From positions 33,455 through 97,454 of the forward strand of contig JBNPEG010000048.1 in assembly GCA_051117555.1 (NCBI GenBank): a DNA stretch of 64,000 bases, read 5' to 3'. The notes beneath the pieces were generated by a model. It did not search any database. It had not been told where the DNA came from and saw only the letters and a list, made by a program, of their open reading frames with translations. This DNA comes from Elainellaceae cyanobacterium. Its GTDB lineage: Bacteria; Cyanobacteriota; Cyanobacteriia; CAZCXK01. Numbering within the stretch: position 1 is the first letter of the stretch; each line of letters starts with the position of its first letter. Shown one piece after another: positions 58,448 through 64,000 of the stretch. The translations under genes were made by a program, and so were the position numbers.

Positions 58448-61400
58448 CTATTCATTATCATCATGGCCGATCACGGCACTCCGATCGAGCAATAGGAGGT
58501 TCCGCAACTGGTCAGTATCAAAGTCAGTGAGCCAGTTCTCGCCTGTGCCAACTACCTGTTCTGACAGGGCTTTCTTACTCTCAATCAGCTCGTGAATCCG
58601 TTCTTCTAAGGTGCCAGTGCAAACAAACTTGTGAACCTGCACATTGCGAGTTTGCCCAATGCGAAAGACTCGGTCTGTTGCTTGATTTTCCACTGCCGGA
58701 TTCCACCACCGATCGAAATGAAACACATGATTAGCACGAGTTAAATTAAGCCCGACCCCTCCTGCTTTGAGCGACAAGATAAAAATTCGGGGGCCTTGCG
58801 GATCGTTTTGGAAGCGATCAACCATGTCTTCGCGCTGTTTCTTAGACGTGCTGCCATAGAGAAATAGCGCTTCACGCTCAAACTGGCGTTCGAGGTAGGC
58901 TTTCAGCAGCTTGCCCCATTCTGCAAATTGGGTAAACACCAAGGCGCGATCGCCCTCTGAGATGACTTCCTCCAGCATTTCTTCAAGTCTTTGAAGCTTT
59001 CCAGATGCGAGTTTAAACGCTGATGGGTTTGACGCTGGATCGATAGATGCTGAGCGCTTGCGAGATTTTTTGGGCGCGTCACTGCTCGCGTCATCCATCA
59101 GAGCGGGATGGTTGCAAATTTGTTTGAGCTTCACAAGCAGTGCCAAAATCATGCCGCGTCGCTGGATACCTTCGGCGGATTCAATGGCGGCAAGAGATTG
59201 ATCGACCCGTTTTTGGTAGAGCGCTGCTTGGTCAGCTGATAAGCCACAAAATACGGTCATTTCTTGCTTGTCAGGCAAATCTTTGATGATATCTCGATCG
59301 GTTTTTAAGCGTCGCAAAATAAATGGCTGGACGAGCGATCGCAACGTTTGCAGCGAATCCGTATCGCCATAGCGCTCAATTGGTACTGCAAAGCGCCTCT
59401 GGAAAAAGTTGCGAGGTCCTAGATAGCCAGGATTGAGGAAATCAAGAATCGACCACAGTTCAGACAGGCGGTTTTCAATAGGAGTTCCGGTTAGAGCAAT
59501 GCGAAACTGGGCGTCGAGCTCTCGCACTGCTTGAGACTGCTTTGCATCCGGGTTTTTAATATTCTGGGCTTCATCGAGCACTATCCCTTGCCATGAAACA
59601 CTCCTGAGATCCTTGATATCTCGATAGGCGAGCGCATAGCTGGTGACGACCAAATCCTGATCGTTAACCGTTTTCGCAAATGCCTTACCTTGCGATCGCT
59701 TGTCGCCATGATGGACGACGACCTTCAAACTCGGACCAAACCGCTTTACTTCTCGCTCCCAGTTACCCAAGACTGACGTGGGGCACACCAGCAGCGTGGG
59801 GTGCTCAAGATTGTCATGTTCTTGCAAATGAAGCAAGAGCGCAATTAATTGAATGGTTTTACCCAGTCCCATATCGTCTGCCAGGCACGCGCCCAGACCC
59901 CACTGCTCAAGAAACGCCAGCCATGATACGCCGCGTAGCTGGTAGGGGCGTAACTCACCCTGAAAACTATCAGGTACTGCAATCGGCTCGATGCTCTCAT
60001 TGCCTGTGGTCAAGGTTTGGATGAGTTCTTCGAGCGTTCCCGATGCTTCAAAGTCAACGACGGGTAATTTCTCAATCGTCTGCGTGTCACCCGTACTGAT
60101 TCGCAGGGCATCTTCTAATGACAGTGTCATCTGGTCTTTGCGTGCCGCAAAAAATGACTGGGCAGCTTTGATATCTTGCGATCGCAGTTCGACCCATTCA
60201 CCGTTAATTTCGACCAGCGGGGTATTCATGGCCACCAGGCGATCAAATTCGGTTTTCGAAAGGCGCTGACCGCCGATGGTGAGCTCCCACTTAAAGTTGA
60301 GCAAGCTCTGTAAGCCGAGTTGTTGCCGCTTGCCCCGCCTCGGCGGCTCAGCCCGAACGCTCAGCCCGAGTCGACTCGCCAGCCCATTTGGATTCGAAAG
60401 ACTCGGCGGTAAGATCACACCAAAACCGCTATCTTGAAGTAACCAAGCCACCGACTTGATAAATTCGTAGACTTGGGTGGGGGTGAGCAAACACGAACGA
60501 GGCTGCTGGTTTTGAAGGCTGGGTTCGATGAGTGGATACAGACGCGTTGCAAGCCCTAGCCCCGCTAAGAGCGTTTCTTGAGGTTGTTGAATAGTGCGTC
60601 CAGCATAGATGAGTCGCTCAACGGGATTATTCCAAATAGTCTCGGCATTCACCAAAAAATTGGGGTCATCATTGGCTTGTAGGCAATATTCCAGCGTCCA
60701 ATTCGTCTCACCGGCCTCTGGGGGATGTAAATGGAATCCGGTGCGAAAGCGGGAGATTTGTTGGGTAAGCTGCCGTTCTATGGGAGTTAGCCAGGTGGTT
60801 AAAGCCCCTTCCAGGCGATCGCCCCGTTCTGGTTCAGCCGCTAAAATCGGTTGACTGCCTAACGATTGCAGCCATTCTCGCAATGGCAAATCCTTGGGAA
60901 GCTGAGTGGCAGGCATCGGCACAGCACTCGCAACCGACCGCACCTGAGCATCGATCGTATTGTTGAGAAAACTAAACAGCAAATCTTTGGCGTGCTGAAA
61001 CCGTTGCTCGTCATCGATAATTTGATGGGCAATTTGGTCGGCAAACATAGACACCCCAGCAGCGTCTTTCGAATCAGCACCGGCGTTTGAATGGTTGGAT
61101 ATGCCGTCCGAACGTACATCGCCAGATGAGCCATTCGTCGTATCTGATGCTGGAGTGCTTGCATCGGTAGGAACATTATCGGCGGCTGGATCTGAGATCT
61201 CTGATTGCTCTAGAGAATGAGTATTATTTTCATTATCTGCATACACATTATCTGCATACATTTGACACGCCGCGGGCATATGGCTGATAAAGTGCCGCAA
61301 CCGCATTTGATCGGTGCCGCTATCCAGCAGGGCCTGCCAGCGCGTAAATCGAGTATTGTCAGCGCGACGGGCGAGTAGTGGCAAAAACTTAGACCGCGAT

Positions 61401-62005
61401 AGGAGGTCTAGCATCCAACGGGCGACATGCGACCAAAACCGCAACTCTGGAGAAAACCGAGACTCGTTTGCATCGACAGAACCCAGCGGCAGCGAATGCA
61501 ACAGTTGAATCGCTTCAGATGGCGAGAGGCAGAGTCCTGAAATGGACCAAGCATGGAGGGTTAGGTCGGTGGCAGCAGACGACTTACCCTGCAAGACTGC
61601 ATCGACTGTAGTAGATGCAGAATGCTGAGGCACTGCCGCAAGGGTTTTGCGCTTAGCAAGGGGCACACGGTAGGTCGGGAAGGCTGCTGTAACAGTATGC
61701 CAATGCGCCAAATATGGCTTAGCTTGAGGATCTAGAATCTCCTCTAGACCGCCTAGATTGTGATCCTGGTGGAGCGATCGCAAAAATTTAGCGAGTTCTT
61801 CAGCCTCCATGACAAATGGATGAGGCATTGTCGAGCCATTGGGCACCCAATCATTCGGCTCGACTCTGCGCCAGGTTTCTCCCCAGATAAAGAAGCGTCC
61901 GCCGAGCAGATGGGTTCGGTGAGAGCCATCGTGGTGTTTGCGTTGATGAAGGGGAAGGATATGGGCTTGACGGTGAATCAGCCAGCTACCGTGTAAAATC
62001 GCCAT
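58448..62005 (-). CDS. SNF2/SWI2-family helicase (DUF3670-type)
   Basis: LADDMGLGKT, DEAQ, TGTPIEN, SLKAGGVGLNL and QATDRVFRIGQ. Confidence 0.95.
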   Translation of the reverse strand: MAILHGSWLIHRQAHILPLHQRKHHDGSHRTHLLGGRFFIWGETWRRVEPNDWVPNGSTMPHPFVMEAEELAKFLRSLHQDHNLGGLEEILDPQAKPYLAHWHTVTAAFPTYRVPLAKRKTLAAVPQHSASTTVDAVLQGKSSAATDLTLHAWSISGLCLSPSEAIQLLHSLPLGSVDANESRFSPELRFWSHVARWMLDLLSRSKFLPLLARRADNTRFTRWQALLDSGTDQMRLRHFISHMPAACQMYADNVYADNENNTHSLEQSEISDPAADNVPTDASTPASDTTNGSSGDVRSDGISNHSNAGADSKDAAGVSMFADQIAHQIIDDEQRFQHAKDLLFSFLNNTIDAQVRSVASAVPMPATQLPKDLPLREWLQSLGSQPILAAEPERGDRLEGALTTWLTPIERQLTQQISRFRTGFHLHPPEAGETNWTLEYCLQANDDPNFLVNAETIWNNPVERLIYAGRTIQQPQETLLAGLGLATRLYPLIEPSLQNQQPRSCLLTPTQVYEFIKSVAWLLQDSGFGVILPPSLSNPNGLASRLGLSVRAEPPRRGKRQQLGLQSLLNFKWELTIGGQRLSKTEFDRLVAMNTPLVEINGEWVELRSQDIKAAQSFFAARKDQMTLSLEDALRISTGDTQTIEKLPVVDFEASGTLEELIQTLTTGNESIEPIAVPDSFQGELRPYQLRGVSWLAFLEQWGLGACLADDMGLGKTIQLIALLLHLQEHDNLEHPTLLVCPTSVLGNWEREVKRFGPSLKVVVHHGDKRSQGKAFAKTVNDQDLVVTSYALAYRDIKDLRSVSWQGIVLDEAQNIKNPDAKQSQAVRELDAQFRIALTGTPIENRLSELWSILDFLNPGYLGPRNFFQRRFAVPIERYGDTDSLQTLRSLVQPFILRRLKTDRDIIKDLPDKQEMTVFCGLSADQAALYQKRVDQSLAAIESAEGIQRRGMILALLVKLKQICNHPALMDDASSDAPKKSRKRSASIDPASNPSAFKLASGKLQRLEEMLEEVISEGDRALVFTQFAEWGKLLKAYLERQFEREALFLYGSTSKKQREDMVDRFQNDPQGPRIFILSLKAGGVGLNLTRANHVFHFDRWWNPAVENQATDRVFRIGQTRNVQVHKFVCTGTLEERIHELIESKKALSEQVVGTGENWLTDFDTDQLRNLLLLDRSAVIGHDDNE

Positions 62006-62171
62006 GCAAACTCAAAATCTCTAAAATTCTGCCATCGTTGAATGCTGAAACTAAATGCTGAAACTAGATGAATCTTGCATTAGGACATAGACATTATCAT
62101 TCAACTACCATTCGACATGATTCAACTTTCTAGGTGTGAAAAGTATTGAGAGGATGTTTTAAAAGGGGCCG

Positions 62172-62299
62172 GCGGTTAAAACCGCGCCTATACAAACAAA
62201 GTCCGCCGCAGCGGACTCCAGCAAAACCAACGGTTTTTTGTCCGTGTAGCCTGCGTTTCGCAAGCGACATGTAACGCGAAGCGTCTCTGTCAAGAGAAC
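62172..62299. repeat. REP-like hairpin cluster with an SDR-like unit
   Basis: GCGGTTAAAACCGC and AGTCCGCCGCAGCGGACT hairpins; CGCGAAGCGTCTCTGTCAAGAGAA. Confidence 0.6.
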
Positions 62300-62588
62300 T
62301 TTAGTCGCTAAGGCAACAAAAAATAGGACTTTTAAAACATCCTCTGAATAGCAGGATGCGGCACGATGAGAATAATTATGTTGAGGATAATTCATTATGG
62401 AAATGATAAAACCGCTATAAACCTGAATCATGGTCAGGCTATTTCATTTATAGTGCTTAGCGTCAGAGCGATCGCCAGGAAAAACGTTAGGATTTGAGCT
62501 AAATGTGGTTTACCTGCGACATTTGAATCATTGTACAACTTCAAACCTGGCATCATGTGGACATCACGATCAGAAAGGAGATCTCCCC

Positions 62589-63296
62589 TTGGTTCCCTTA
62601 AATGATGACAACCCAACGCGGACAACCCCTTACGTCACCATTGCCCTAATTATCATTAACGTGCTGATTTTTTTCTACGAAATTCAGTTGAGTCCGCCTC
62701 AGCTAGAGCAGTTTTTTAGAACCTGGGCTGTCGTACCAGAGCGGTTAACGGCCAGTTTTCAGGGTGAAGCGTCCGCGTTAATTTGGATTACGCTAATCAC
62801 GTCGCAATTTCTTCATGGCGGGATTTTGCACTTAGGCGGCAACATGCTTTATGTATGGATTTTTGGCAACAATATCGAAGATAAGCTCGGTCGCGCTAAA
62901 TATTTAATCTTTTACCTTGCCTGTGGAATTTTAGCCTCACTGGCACAGTGGGTGTTTTCACAAAATTCTCAAATCCCATCATTAGGAGCAAGTGGGGCGA
63001 TCGCCGGCGTAATGGGAGCCTACATTATTCGTTTTCCAAAGGCTCGCATCTTGACGTTGTTTCCGATTTTCTTCTATATCACGGTACTGCGAGTGCCTGC
63101 CTACGTGTTTTTGGGGATTTGGTTTGTGCAGCAAGCGTTTTATGGAGTTGCAAGTCTCAATGTGCCATCAACAGTCGGCATGGAGAGCGGCGGCGTGGCT
63201 TATTGGGCGCATGCCGGTGGGTTTGTTTTTGGCGCGCTGTTAGGTCCTGTTTTTGGCTTATTCAGCGATTCAAATAACCGCAATCGCTACCGTTAG
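62589..63296 (+). CDS. Rhomboid family intramembrane serine protease
   Basis: FLHGG.LHL.GNM, GASGAIAG and AHAGGF; TTG start with AAGGAG RBS. Confidence 0.93.
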   Translation: MVPLNDDNPTRTTPYVTIALIIINVLIFFYEIQLSPPQLEQFFRTWAVVPERLTASFQGEASALIWITLITSQFLHGGILHLGGNMLYVWIFGNNIEDKLGRAKYLIFYLACGILASLAQWVFSQNSQIPSLGASGAIAGVMGAYIIRFPKARILTLFPIFFYITVLRVPAYVFLGIWFVQQAFYGVASLNVPSTVGMESGGVAYWAHAGGFVFGALLGPVFGLFSDSNNRNRYR

Positions 63297-63338
63297 GCAA
63301 CTTTTTAGGCAACTTTATTGAATGCATCGTCATTGAAT

Positions 63339-64000
63339 TTATCGTCGACGTCTGGGCAAATTTCGGGGCGAATCCTTAGGTTTCGAGGGGCTGGCAACTT
63401 GCCCACCTGATGAATTTTCACGCCAAAACGTGGTTGCGACGTCTTGCTGTTTTTGCACATGATATGAGCGATACACCACAATGATGCCTCCTGCCAGCAC
63501 CAGGGCGATCGCTGGAGCGGCAATAGGCACCCAGCCTTCGGCGGTAAAGATAACGAAGCTAGCCCCCAACAGCACTGCGAGCATCGTGACGCCCCCTAAA
63601 CTGAGAACAGCAGGATGGCGCAACCACCAAGCAATGCCGCCGCCAACGACAGCCCAACCGACAATCCAAAGGATTTTTCCCCATTCAGACCAGTACCAAA
63701 ATAGGGCATCTTCGTTTAGCACGGCGCTCAAAATGTGACTGACCATCTGACCATGAATCACGACTCCTGGCATTTGATGGCTTTGTTCTCGACCCGCTGT
63801 AAAAGGCGTATAGAATAAATCTTTGCTGCTCGGGGCAACCGTGCCAATGATGACGATTTTGTCTGTTACCCAGTCAGGCTCGAGTTGCCCGTTGAGAACA
63901 TCCATCAGTGAGACTTGCTGAGCAAGGCGATCAGAGGTGCGATAGTTGAGTAAGATTTGATACCCTGCCGCATCGGCATCTCGATATCCGCCGGATGTTT
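63339..64000 (-). CDS. CHASE2 domain protein, 3' part (continues beyond the window)
   Basis: SGGYRDADAAGYQILLNYR, KIVIIG, DLFYTP and MPGVVIHGQ, then three TM helices. Confidence 0.9.
   Translation of the reverse strand, partial: TSGGYRDADAAGYQILLNYRTSDRLAQQVSLMDVLNGQLEPDWVTDKIVIIGTVAPSSKDLFYTPFTAGREQSHQMPGVVIHGQMVSHILSAVLNEDALFWYWSEWGKILWIVGWAVVGGGIAWWLRHPAVLSLGGVTMLAVLLGASFVIFTAEGWVPIAAPAIALVLAGGIIVVYRSYHVQKQQDVATTFWRENSSGGQVASPSKPKDSPRNLPRRRR

Larger units (their letters stand above)
1..64000. repeat. HIP1 octamer GCGATCGC dispersed throughout
   Basis: Dozens of occurrences in coding and intergenic DNA, including within the polysaccharide cluster. Confidence 0.97.

Noticed and set aside
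815..63738. Numerous 60-170-aa ORFs overlapping called genes
   Set aside because: Antisense or off-frame shadows of well-supported CDSs, with no independent evidence.
1..64000. tRNA, rRNA, tmRNA, RNase P RNA, integrase or transposase genes
   Set aside because: No T-loop/cloverleaf signatures, rRNA-like tracts or recombinase/transposase ORFs seen by eye; tRNAscan-SE and Infernal would be needed to exclude them fully.

Overview
A 64-kb chromosomal segment of a cyanobacterium, judged from dense HIP1 octamers (GCGATCGC), an HCP carotenoid protein, an rbp-rpsU pair, a ComFB protein and a Nif11 protein. Housekeeping genes include ilvB, murE, ychF, rpsU, galT, a class II aldolase and an SNF2 helicase. 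It also carries a ~10.7-kb Wzm/Wzt polysaccharide cluster with a sulfotransferase, several stress genes (GlsB, CsbD, cardiolipin synthase, two HtrA, HCP, Hsp20) and several families of short dispersed palindromic or MITE-like repeats. I found no rRNA, tRNA, CRISPR array or intact transposase. Three items stand out. (1) Two convergent histidine-kinase genes with overlapping stop codons have reciprocal defects: one keeps the H-box His but has a degenerate ATP-binding domain, and the other keeps the ATP-binding domain but has Gln in place of His. This is a candidate split kinase. (2) A single ORF fuses a ParD-like antitoxin to a ParE-like toxin. (3) A Nif11-leader peptide has no modifying enzymes nearby and no double-glycine motif. 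All family assignments come from motif recognition by eye; no searches were run. Several start codons were adjusted from the supplied ORF track.
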